Of a DNA stretch of 64,000 nt, positions 9,459 to 17,871 are shown in pieces. The stretch lies in the sequence record OM632671.1. One strand, given 5' to 3'. A program made the translations under genes and the position numbers. The DNA comes from Escherichia phage BEU50. Positions within the stretch are counted from its first letter, which is position 1, and each line of letters starts with the position of its first letter. Under the pieces are notes generated by a model. That model did no database searches and had not been told where the DNA came from. It saw nothing but the letters and a program-made list of their open reading frames with translations.

Positions 9459-9628
9459 ATAGTTTTGAGTTACAATATGAAGTGTTACGTGAGCTTGATA
9501 ATTTAATTGAACTCGCTGTCAATAAAGGTTTTGCCATTGGAATCGGTCAAAAAGATACTGGTCATTTAACTATGGAAATATTTAAGCAAAAGCGAATTAT
9601 TTTAAAACTCCTGGAAATTAATATATGA
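9455..9628 (+). CDS. hypothetical small protein
   Basis: 57 aa, ATGA overlap with upstream stop. Confidence 0.3.
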   Translation: MNSFELQYEVLRELDNLIELAVNKGFAIGIGQKDTGHLTMEIFKQKRIILKLLEINI

Positions 9629-9819
9629 GTCTGAGTAAAGAATAAAAAGATAAATTGTTTGAGCTTATCCATGAACTTCTAGATGAGCATGCAGAAGCAA
9701 ACACCTTTTATGATGAATACGGCCCGCTATCTCCCGAACAGCAAGAAGAATTTGCTGATCGGTTTGATAAGAAAGAAAACGAATTAATAGCTTATGTGAA
9801 TATGCTTTAAGAAGGTGAT

Positions 9820-10401
9820 ATGGCGAGTTTAATTTTTACTTACGCAGCAATGAATGCTGGAAAATCTGCTTCTCTTTTGACTGCTGCACATAATTATAAA
9901 GAACGCGGAATGAGTGTATTAGTTCTTAAGCCTGCTATTGATACTCGCGATTCTGTCTGTGAAGTCGTTTCTCGCATTGGAATTAAGCAGGAAGCGAATA
10001 TTATTACAGATGATATGGATATTTTCGAGTTCTATAAATGGGCTGAAGCACAAAAAGATATTCATTGCGTATTTGTAGATGAAGCTCAGTTTTTAAAAAC
10101 TGAACAGGTGCATCAATTAAGTCGAATTGTTGATACATATAATGTTCCTGTTATGGCTTATGGATTAAGGACTGATTTCGCTGGAAAATTGTTTGAAGGT
10201 TCTAAAGAACTTTTAGCGATTGCAGATAAACTTATTGAACTAAAGGCAGTTTGTCATTGCGGCAAAAAAGCGATTATGACAGCTCGATTAATGGAAGATG
10301 GAACACCAGTTAAAGAAGGTAATCAAATCTGTATTGGTGATGAAATTTATGTTTCTTTGTGTAGAAAACATTGGAACGAATTAACTAAAAAGCTCGGTTA
10401 G
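9820..10401 (+). CDS. tk: thymidine kinase
   Basis: 193 aa; P-loop AAMNAGKS; C-terminal Cys cluster. Confidence 0.9.
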   Translation: MASLIFTYAAMNAGKSASLLTAAHNYKERGMSVLVLKPAIDTRDSVCEVVSRIGIKQEANIITDDMDIFEFYKWAEAQKDIHCVFVDEAQFLKTEQVHQLSRIVDTYNVPVMAYGLRTDFAGKLFEGSKELLAIADKLIELKAVCHCGKKAIMTARLMEDGTPVKEGNQICIGDEIYVSLCRKHWNELTKKLG

Positions 10402-10443
10402 TGCAAAAGTTATAAATAGGTTTATCTAACTAAAGGGGTATAT

Positions 10444-10656
10444 ATGCTACAATTAACTGAAAAGCAACTTCGCAATCTTACTGTTCTTCAATTAGATGAA
10501 ATTCGTAGGGAAGTTGGAAATATCATTTCAGCTTTGCGTCGAGAAGTATCACTCAACCAATCTCCGGCAGACTATACTAGATTGCGAAATTTTGAAAAAT
10601 ACCTTGATAAAGTTAAGGCCGTGCATCGGCATAAAGTAAATACAGGACAAAAATGA
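10444..10656 (+). CDS. hypothetical small protein
   Basis: 70 aa ORF in tk-nrdC region. Confidence 0.45.
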
Positions 10657-10668
10657 TAGGAGGCCTTT

Positions 10669-10962
10669 ATGGCCTTAAAAGCAACGGCACTATTTGCCAT
10701 GCTAGGATTAGCGTTTGCTTTATCTCCATCGATTGAAGCGAATGTCGATCCTCATTTTGATAAATTTATGGAATCTGGTATTAGACACGTTTATATGCTT
10801 TTTGAAAATAAAAGCGTAGAATCATCTGAACAGTTCTATAGTTTTATGCGAACGACTTATAAAAATGACCCGTGCTCTTCTGATTTTGAATGTATAGAGC
10901 GAGGCGCGGAGATGGCACAATCATACGCTAGAATTATGAACATTAAATTGGAGACTGAATGA
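10669..10962 (+). CDS. hypothetical secreted small protein
   Basis: 97 aa, RBS AGGAGG, N-terminal signal peptide. Confidence 0.5.
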   Translation: MALKATALFAMLGLAFALSPSIEANVDPHFDKFMESGIRHVYMLFENKSVESSEQFYSFMRTTYKNDPCSSDFECIERGAEMAQSYARIMNIKLETE

Positions 10963-11345
10963 AATTCAGCGACTTTTCACAAAGTGGAAAACCTTCAAAG
11001 GCAGATGAATACTTAGGTTTATTAATGGCTGCACAAGCTTATTTTCATTCTGCGCATTTTGAAACTAAAAGTTATGCTAGACACAAAGCATACGATTTTA
11101 TTTTCTCCGAGTTGCCAGATTTGATTGATAAATTTGGTGAGCAATATTTGGGGTATTCTGGTAGAAAATACACACCTTCAATTCCAGATGCTAGTAAACT
11201 TCCTACCGACACAATTAAAATGATTGATCGCATACTAGACCAATCTAACAGCATTTATAAAGAAATGCCTCCAGCCATTCAAAGCACGATAGATGATATC
11301 ACTGGGATGTTTTATCAGAGTAAATATCTTCTTTCCCTCGAATAA
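10959..11345 (+). CDS. hypothetical protein
   Basis: 128 aa ORF, overlapping start with upstream stop. Confidence 0.5.
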
Positions 11346-11350
11346 CGTTA

Positions 11351-11372
11351 GTCTCCTTCGGGAGACTTTTTT
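11351..11372 (+). terminator. rho-independent terminator GTCTCC-TTCG-GGAGAC plus T6
   Basis: perfect hairpin followed by TTTTTT. Confidence 0.7.
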
Positions 11373-11382
11373 CATTTTACCG

Positions 11383-11412
11383 GTTTACTTTCCATTTGAG
11401 CTGTGATACTAT
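11383..11412 (+). promoter_or_regulatory. T4-type early promoter
   Basis: GTTTAC, about 18 nt, TACTAT. Confidence 0.55.
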
Positions 11413-11440
11413 ACAACCATCGGATAAAGAGGAGAACATC

Positions 11441-11629
11441 ATGAAAATTGAAGCACTTAATCAAGAAGGAAATATCTACGTCATCATTAATGGTGATTTT
11501 TTCGTCGACATGGATGAAGTTACCAGTGAAGAACTTGTAGAACTTCTTAAGAAACGTTATAATATGTGTGATGAAGTTGCAACTCACATGGCGTGTGCAA
11601 TATTCTCTCTTTCATATGTGGTGGAATAA
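11441..11629 (+). CDS. hypothetical small protein
   Basis: 62 aa from ATG 11441 with RBS AAGAGGAG. Confidence 0.45.
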
Positions 11630-11645
11630 TGAAAACTGAAAAGCA
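11620..11645 (+). repeat. 26 nt direct repeat copy 1 (GGTGGAATAATGAAAACTGAAAAGCA)
   Basis: identical 26-mer spanning stop/RBS/start; second copy at 12010. Confidence 0.8.
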
Positions 11646-11832
11646 AGCGGATAAAATTAAGGAATTAGTGGCTTCAATTCGTAAAGCAGATGAAGAGCTG
11701 ATTGACTTTGCTTGGTATTCATCGGGTATTTCGAATAAAGGCATTAAAGACTTTGAAACTAAAGTTGATAATGCTTTAGAAGCGTTAGATATGTTTCTTG
11801 ATGAAATTATCGATCATAATACGAGAGTTTAA
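11629..11832 (+). CDS. hypothetical small protein (MKTEKQ start)
   Basis: 67 aa from ATG inside the 26 nt repeat. Confidence 0.45.
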   Translation: MKTEKQADKIKELVASIRKADEELIDFAWYSSGISNKGIKDFETKVDNALEALDMFLDEIIDHNTRV

Positions 11833-11834
11833 GT

Positions 11835-12029
11835 ATGCTAACACGTGAACAGTTTGAAAAAATCATTAAATTAGCACGTGATGTTGAAATAGATTCATAT
11901 CAATTAGCAGTTGAGCATTGTGAAGGATATTCATACGATGGTATAGAATCAGCTAAAAGGGATTTGGATAAATCTAAAGCTAAGTTAGTCCAATATCTTG
12001 AAATGATTAGGTGGAATAATGAAAACTGA
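11835..12029 (+). CDS. hypothetical small protein
   Basis: 64 aa ORF. Confidence 0.45.
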   Translation: MLTREQFEKIIKLARDVEIDSYQLAVEHCEGYSYDGIESAKRDLDKSKAKLVQYLEMIRWNNEN

Positions 12030-12035
12030 AAAGCA
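12010..12035 (+). repeat. 26 nt direct repeat copy 2
   Basis: identical to 11620-11645. Confidence 0.8.
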
Positions 12036-12192
12036 GATGTTTTTAATGAAACTAATTGAAGAATATGCTAATGCAGTTTCTGACTATGAGCGTTCTTCTC
12101 GGGAAAGAGGTACAGCTTTCGCCAAAGAAGAAATGAAAATCATGGTTGATGCTCACACAAAGCTTCAGAATTTTATTGAAAACAACATTTAA
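12019..12192 (+). CDS. hypothetical small protein (MKTEKQ start)
   Basis: 57 aa from ATG inside repeat copy 2. Confidence 0.35.
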   Translation: MKTEKQMFLMKLIEEYANAVSDYERSSRERGTAFAKEEMKIMVDAHTKLQNFIENNI

Positions 12193-12194
12193 CG

Positions 12195-12224
12195 GTTTAC
12201 AAGTTGGCAAGGTTATGGTATAGT
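12195..12224 (+). promoter_or_regulatory. T4-type early promoter
   Basis: GTTTAC, 18 nt, TATAGT. Confidence 0.55.
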
Positions 12225-12359
12225 AATCTTGTCAACTGTCAAGGAGAAGAGAATGAAAGTTTTGTTTGTTGTGTATGTAATGATTCAATATAATTACCCA
12301 ATGTTTACTTATAATCTGGTGAACAACATTATTGATATTATTCAAAGGAGTATGTAATT

Positions 12360-12590
12360 GTGAGTGAGTCGAAGAGAATCAATATGAAACGATTAGTATT
12401 AGAAGTTAGTCCGCTTTTTGGTGAATTGGCTATAGAAAAAGTAAATAACATGTATCGTTTGACGCAAGAAGACGATATGCTATATTTTACGCCTAGTGAA
12501 ATCATTCATTTAACCCAAATTGAATATCCTTATACTGATAAAATAGTAAGTATCAATGATGAGCACAAAATTCATTGCTCGTTTGATTGA
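12360..12590 (+). CDS. hypothetical small protein
   Basis: 76 aa; GTG start 8 nt after AAGGAG (alternative ATG at 12384). Confidence 0.4.
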   Translation: MSESKRINMKRLVLEVSPLFGELAIEKVNNMYRLTQEDDMLYFTPSEIIHLTQIEYPYTDKIVSINDEHKIHCSFD

Positions 12591-12680
12591 AGTTGAAGCC
12601 CAAATTGCAGAACACACCAAATTGTTAAAAGCTCTTAATGCAAAAGCAAATGGTTTACGTAATGCTATTGAGGTATTGAA

Positions 12681-12995
12681 ATGAAAAAGCGTCTATTAGA
12701 AGACATTGCAGCTTCAAGTAATTCCAGTTTAATTAAAATTATTATGGCCGGTGAAGAAGACGATCTGGAAATGCGTGGAAAGATTTATGGTTGTGATGAT
12801 TATAGCAGCCCTATTAATTGGGATTCTGTAATGGTCATGGTTGAACGTCGCGAAAGGGCTTCTAAAAACGTTCCTAATTGCCCTGAATGTGGAACTGAAC
12901 AGGTGCAATTAGTCCATTGGCAGACTAATAATCTTCGTTATAAATGTCGCCATTGTAAACACCGATTTGACCGAGAAGAAAATGACAAAGCGTAA
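12681..12995 (+). CDS. hypothetical zinc-ribbon protein
   Basis: 104 aa; CPECG…CRHCKH. Confidence 0.5.
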
Positions 12996-13224
12996 AGAAT
13001 ATATGGAGACCGCCGAAAAGGCAGTCCGTGAATTAGCAATAGCTTATTATAATGAACACGGTAAATTTCCTGATAGATACAGCGTGCTTAAATCTGCTTT
13101 AACTCGTTCATATAAAAATATGCTATCAGAAGTAAGTGATATTATATACAAACATAAAGAACAAACGGGCCAAAGTCTTGATTACGACGAGACTTTTAAA
13201 CAAGTACTAGGAATTAAGGAATAA
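12982..13224 (+). CDS. hypothetical small protein
   Basis: 80 aa from ATG 12982. Confidence 0.45.
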
Positions 13225-13225
13225 T

Positions 13226-13489
13226 ATGTTTAAAGTATATGGTTATGATAGCAACATCCATAAATGTGTGTATTGCGATAATGCAAAACGTCTTTTGACC
13301 GTGAAGAAACAGCCGTTTGAATTTATCAACATTATGCCGGAAAAAGGTGTTTTTGATGATGAGAAAATCGCTGAGCTTCTGACTAAACTAGGTCGTGATA
13401 CTCAAATCGGCTTAACAATGCCTCAGGTATTTGCTCCTGATGGAAGTCATATTGGTGGATTTGACCAATTGCGGGAATACTTTAAATGA
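13226..13489 (+). CDS. nrdC: glutaredoxin/thioredoxin NrdC
   Basis: 87 aa; CVYC active site. Confidence 0.85.
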   Translation: MFKVYGYDSNIHKCVYCDNAKRLLTVKKQPFEFINIMPEKGVFDDEKIAELLTKLGRDTQIGLTMPQVFAPDGSHIGGFDQLREYFK

Positions 13490-13701
13490 TTCTCGAAGGA
13501 ACTGATTATATCCATGATTACCGCGGAAGCGCGGTATATGTAGGTGATGAAGTTGCAGTTTACTACGGGTATGGAACTTTGATGACAGCCAAGGTTATTC
13601 AAATTAAAAATAATCGTGCTAAACTCGAAGTTTATTATTCTAACGGCGAAAAGTCTATTTCTAAGTGGAAATACGGCGATTGTATGGTCAAACTGGGGTA
13701 A
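13486..13701 (+). CDS. hypothetical small protein
   Basis: 71 aa, ATGA overlap with nrdC stop. Confidence 0.45.
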   Translation: MILEGTDYIHDYRGSAVYVGDEVAVYYGYGTLMTAKVIQIKNNRAKLEVYYSNGEKSISKWKYGDCMVKLG

Positions 13702-13703
13702 AT

Positions 13704-13874
13704 ATGATTTACGATATTAGTGCAGCAAGAGCTCCATCAATGGTTGCTATTCCAGCTGAAGAATTAGATCGTCTTCATAAAATTGAAGAACTTCTGTGGG
13801 AAATTGAATCTGATTTGCCATCAGGATTAGAATCCTGGATTGATTATGAAGAACTTAATAAGCTTCGGGGTTAA
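13704..13874 (+). CDS. hypothetical small protein
   Basis: 56 aa from first ATG of the 13665 ORF. Confidence 0.3.
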   Translation: MIYDISAARAPSMVAIPAEELDRLHKIEELLWEIESDLPSGLESWIDYEELNKLRG

Positions 13875-13996
13875 ACCCTGGTGGGCGGCTAGATGGGAAA
13901 CTGTAGAGCCAGAGCCGGAAGAACCGGTTTACACTGATGAAGAAACAGTATATAATGAACCAACGATAAATGACTTAATTGATATGGAGATGGGAC

Positions 13997-14482
13997 ATGA
14001 TTACAGTAGATAAGTGGTTTAGAATTAATCGTGTTGATACAGGGCTATGTAATTACTGGCCGGAACTTAGTGCAGGTACTGTCTTTAAAGTTCGTGAACT
14101 TGCAAAAGAATGTGAAGATGATATAGAACCTGATACTGGAATTATTGAAATTGAACTTTCTGATGGAAAGATTATTAACATCTATGATAAGCCAATTACG
14201 TATTGGTGCTTGTGGAATACTGAATCCGTTGAAAATGGCGAAATTGAAGAAGTTGTAGAGAGAACTAGCCAAGATGCTCAGAAGCCTAAAGCCGCTTTTC
14301 AAGGTGAACGTATTTCATACGCATTAGCTAAATTAGCTGCACAAGAAAATAACGATGGTTATGAAGGAAATTTAATGCAAGCTGCCGCAGAGTACATTGA
14401 ATGGCTTGAAACTCAAATTTCTTTTTCTGACCAAATGATTCGGCAATATAAGCGATTGCATCAAATGTTTTACAATACTTGA
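13997..14482 (+). CDS. pin: Pin-like protein (protease inhibitor position)
   Basis: 161 aa from ATG 13997 with RBS GGAGA; length and position match T4 pin. Confidence 0.55.
   Translation: MITVDKWFRINRVDTGLCNYWPELSAGTVFKVRELAKECEDDIEPDTGIIEIELSDGKIINIYDKPITYWCLWNTESVENGEIEEVVERTSQDAQKPKAAFQGERISYALAKLAAQENNDGYEGNLMQAAAEYIEWLETQISFSDQMIRQYKRLHQMFYNT
14408..14482 (+). repeat. direct repeat copy A (3-prime end of pin)
   Basis: two sub-blocks (26 nt and 48 nt) recur at 14483-14510 and 14648-14695. Confidence 0.75.
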
Positions 14483-14695
14483 AAAAACTCAAAATTCTTT
14501 TTCTGACAAGGCATTTTAATGAAAACCGAATTGGTTTATACTGAAAAGTTAAATGGCGGTAAGGTTTGGAAACTTTTTATTAAAGGACATTCTACGGACC
14601 CTCATATGACCACTTGCGTAGGAACCTATTCTCGTCCTACTAAAAAGATGATTCGACAGTATAAACGATTGCATCGAATGTTTTACAATACTTAA
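14483..14695 (+). repeat. direct repeat copy B flanking a 58-codon ORF
   Basis: AAAAACTCAAAATTCTTTTTCTGACA at 14483 and ATGATTCG…TACAATACTTAA at 14648. Confidence 0.75.
14519..14695 (+). CDS. hypothetical small protein sharing Pin C-terminal 15 aa
   Basis: 58 aa ending MIRQYKRLHRMFYNT, the same tail as the pin ORF. Confidence 0.4.
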   Translation: MKTELVYTEKLNGGKVWKLFIKGHSTDPHMTTCVGTYSRPTKKMIRQYKRLHRMFYNT

Positions 14696-14704
14696 ATAAT
14701 AAAT

Positions 14705-14735
14705 ACCCTTATCTATTTAAGGTAAGGGTTTTATT
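14705..14735 (+). terminator. hairpin plus T-run before gene 49
   Basis: ACCCTTA … TAAGGGT stem followed by TTTTATT. Confidence 0.5.
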
Positions 14736-15209
14736 ATGTTATTGACTGGCAAATTATACAAAGAAGAAAAACAAAAATTTTATAATGTACAAAACGGTAA
14801 ATGCTTAATTTGCCAACGAGAACTAAATCCTGATGTTCAAGCTAATCACCTTGACCATGACCATGAATTAAATGGACCAAAAGCAGGAAAGGTACGTGGA
14901 TTGCTTTGTAATCTCTGCAATGCTGCAGAAGGTCAAATGAAGCACAAATTTAATCGTTCTGGCTTAAAGGGTCAAGGTGTTGATTATCTTGAATGGTTAG
15001 AAAATTTACTTACTTATTTAAAATCCGATTACACCCAAAATAATATTCACCCTAACTTTGTTGGAGATAAATCAAAGGAATTTTCTCGTTTAGGAAAAGA
15101 GGAAATGATGGCCGAGATGCTTCAAAGTGGATTTGAATATAATGAATCTGACACCAAAACACAATTAATAGCTTCATTTAAGAAGCAGCTTAGAAAGAGT
15201 TTAAAATGA
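14736..15209 (+). CDS. 49: endonuclease VII (Holliday junction resolvase)
   Basis: 157 aa; CLICQ…CNLC zinc site plus HLDHDHE. Confidence 0.85.
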   Translation: MLLTGKLYKEEKQKFYNVQNGKCLICQRELNPDVQANHLDHDHELNGPKAGKVRGLLCNLCNAAEGQMKHKFNRSGLKGQGVDYLEWLENLLTYLKSDYTQNNIHPNFVGDKSKEFSRLGKEEMMAEMLQSGFEYNESDTKTQLIASFKKQLRKSLK

Positions 15210-16027
15210 ATGTAGTATATAAACTATCATTTATTAATAGAATTAATGCTAAAACCCCACCATATTATTACATTGGAAGTAAAACCAATTGCACTTTTGA
15301 TGGAACGAATATTATTGATAAAAATGGTAAATTTTATTATTCGTCTTCGTCATCTTCTGAATTTCAAAAAGCCTTATTGAAAGAAACGCCGAAAGTTGAA
15401 ATATTATATTTTCAATTAGTCGGAGATGAACAAATAACTAGCATTGAAGCTGAATTTCAAAAGAATATAGAAAAAGATGTATGGAATAAAGAGTATTTTA
15501 ATTTAGCATATGCTGATGGCAAATTTACGACATATGGTATTTCTCCTTCTAAAGAAACTAGAGAAAAGCAATCAATAACCATGATTAAAAGAAATCGTAA
15601 TAAAGGCAAAAATCATGGATTTTATGGAAAGCATCATACTAATTTAGCTAGAAAGAAAATATCAGAAGCTTCTAAAAAATACTGGAAAGAAAATCCACAT
15701 CGTGGATTTTCGCATACAAAGGAAGCTAAAATTAAAATTGGAATTTCATCTTCTATCAGGCATAAAGGAAGTGGAAATCCGATGTATGGTGTAAAACCTT
15801 GGAAAACTCCGAGCGCAATTAAATCTGGTACTTGTATATTATGGTTAAAATACGCAGAAATTTTATATGATTATTTAAGTCCAGATTTTAAAAGTAAATC
15901 ATCTATTTTTGCGGATTTAAACTTACCGAAATTTAGAATTGATAATTTCATCAAAAGGTTTAAAATGGGTTGGAACCCATATTTAGACGAAGAATTTCAA
16001 AAGGATAAATTAGAATTATGTCTTTAG
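15206..16027 (+). CDS. GIY-YIG/NUMOD-type homing endonuclease-like protein (seg-like)
   Basis: 273 aa; VVYKLS…YYYIGSK and repeated GxxHT/NPMYG NUMOD-like motifs; inserted between 49 and nrdD. Confidence 0.6.
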   Translation: MNVVYKLSFINRINAKTPPYYYIGSKTNCTFDGTNIIDKNGKFYYSSSSSSEFQKALLKETPKVEILYFQLVGDEQITSIEAEFQKNIEKDVWNKEYFNLAYADGKFTTYGISPSKETREKQSITMIKRNRNKGKNHGFYGKHHTNLARKKISEASKKYWKENPHRGFSHTKEAKIKIGISSSIRHKGSGNPMYGVKPWKTPSAIKSGTCILWLKYAEILYDYLSPDFKSKSSIFADLNLPKFRIDNFIKRFKMGWNPYLDEEFQKDKLELCL

Positions 16028-17016
16028 AAAAAGATGTTTTAAATTTTATTTCAAATAAAGATAAAGAATTAAATACAGAAAACGCCAACAAAGATTCTCG
16101 CGTCTTTCCAACAAAAAGAGATTTAATGGCCGGTATTGTTTCTAAACATATCGCTTGTCGTATTCTTCCAAGTCATATTGTAAATGCCCATAATGTTGGA
16201 TTAATTCATTTTCATGATTTAGATTACAGTATATCATTGCCTTTTACTAATTGCTGTTTAGTAGATTTAAAAGGAATGCTTGAGAACGGGTTTAAGCTCG
16301 GTAATGCACAGATTGAAACTCCTAAATCAATCGGTGTTGCTACTGCAATTATGGCACAAATTACTGCACAGGTTGCTTCTCACCAATATGGCGGAACTAC
16401 ATTTGCTAATGTCGATAAAGTACTTTCTCCTTATGTTAAACGCACCTATGCAAAACATATCGAAGACGCAGAAAAATGGCAAATCGCCGATGCGTTAAAT
16501 TATGCTCAATCTAAAACAGAAAAAGACGTATACGATGCATTCCAAGCTTATGAATATGAAGTAAATACTCTCTTTAGTTCAAACGGACAGACTCCTTTTG
16601 TAACAATTACATTTGGTACAGGAACTGACTGGACTGAACGAATGATTCAGAAAGCAATTCTGAAAAATCGTATTAAAGGTCTTGGTCGTGATGGGATAAC
16701 TCCTATTTTCCCTAAGCTTGTTATGTTTGTTGAAGAAGGTGTTAATCTTTATAAAGACGATCCGAACTATGATATTAAGCAGCTTGCTCTAGAGTGTGCA
16801 AGCAAAAGAATGTATCCTGATATTATTTCAGCTAAGAACAATAAAGCTATCACTGGTTCATCTGTTCCTGTTTCTCCAATGGGTTGCCGTAGTTTCTTGG
16901 GCGTATGGAAAGATTCGACTGGTAATGAAATTCTTGATGGACGTAATAATCTTGGCGTTGTAACACTGAATCTTCCTCGCATCGCGTTAGATTCTTATAT
17001 TGGAACACAGTTCAAT
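16018..17016 (+). pseudogene. nrdD: anaerobic ribonucleotide reductase NrdD, 3-prime truncated (N-terminal ~333 codons only)
   Basis: NrdD-like sequence to …[17 protein letters not shown]; remainder of the ORF to 17103 is reverse complement of gene 37 start; no glycyl-radical C-terminus. Confidence 0.8.
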
Positions 17017-17150
17017 CCTGAGTCATCTTTTGTGAAAATTGTTTTATCTTTTAAGTTTATAGCCAATTCACCTTCGGCTAATACTGAAGCAGCAGGACGT
17101 TGACCTGCAGTTTTGCTTCTTTTAAATTGTATTTGTTTTAAAGTAGCCAT
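16995..17150 (-). pseudogene. 37: long tail fibre distal subunit gene 37, 51-codon N-terminal stub
   Basis: [13 protein letters not shown]…TKDDSG then LNCVPI-stop; gp37-like only to codon 45. Confidence 0.75.
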
Positions 17151-17158
17151 AAGTCCTC

Positions 17159-17809
17159 TTAATAATAGCCGAAATCTTGAACAGAATCCTTAATTACGAT
17201 TTGGTCAAATCGTGGAACGTGTGAAGGTTGAGATGCAGGATTCTGTGAAAAAAGGTTTGGCGCAGTTAAATTTCCTGTCATAGTGTCTCCAGAGCGTAAT
17301 ACCCTAGAGTTTGCATTTGCTGTAACAGTATTTATTGCTCCATCAACATAATCTTTACGAGTAGCATCTGATGCTGCGGAAGGAGTAGATGTAACAGTTA
17401 CAGATGGAGCCGTTACAGCTTTGGTAAATGTTGTCAAACCTTCTGGCGTAATAGTAATTTGTCCAGTAGTGATTTCACTACCTGCTGGTCTAAAACTAAT
17501 ACCGCCAGAAGAGCCACCAACTACAAGAGTATTACCAGTGCCGCCACCAGAACGAATTCGGATGGGGGTTTCATTATTACTTAATTGAAGATAACTATTT
17601 ACACCATAATTAATAGTAACTGGGCCTGTGTAAGTACCACCAGTAGATTTAGAAACGAAATCATTATCAGCTGCCTGTGGTTTATTATATTCTGAATATA
17701 TTTTAAATGATTTGTAGAGTACATCGTCACCGGCTGAATTCAACGGAAAATTTCCTTGATGCCAAATGACAGATCCACCTACAGTTGAACCTCCTTTTAA
17801 ATCAGCCAT
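17159..17809 (-). CDS. 36: long tail fibre subunit gp36
   Basis: 216 aa; N- and C-termini match gp36 as recalled. Confidence 0.9.
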   Translation of the reverse strand: MADLKGGSTVGGSVIWHQGNFPLNSAGDDVLYKSFKIYSEYNKPQAADNDFVSKSTGGTYTGPVTINYGVNSYLQLSNNETPIRIRSGGGTGNTLVVGGSSGGISFRPAGSEITTGQITITPEGLTTFTKAVTAPSVTVTSTPSAASDATRKDYVDGAINTVTANANSRVLRSGDTMTGNLTAPNLFSQNPASQPSHVPRFDQIVIKDSVQDFGYY

Positions 17810-17832
17810 AGTATGCCCATTTATTTTAATAT

Positions 17833-17840
17833 TATTTATA
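17833..17840 (-). promoter_or_regulatory. late promoter TATAAATA
   Basis: TATAAATA on minus strand 24 nt upstream of gene 36 ATG. Confidence 0.6.
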
Positions 17841-17842
17841 AA

Positions 17843-17866
17843 GAAAAAAGGAGCCCGGCGGCTCCC
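17843..17866 (-). terminator. hairpin GGAGCC-GCCG-GGCTCC plus T6 (minus strand)
   Basis: between gene 35 stop and gene 36 late promoter. Confidence 0.6.
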
Positions 17867-17871
17867 TCAGT

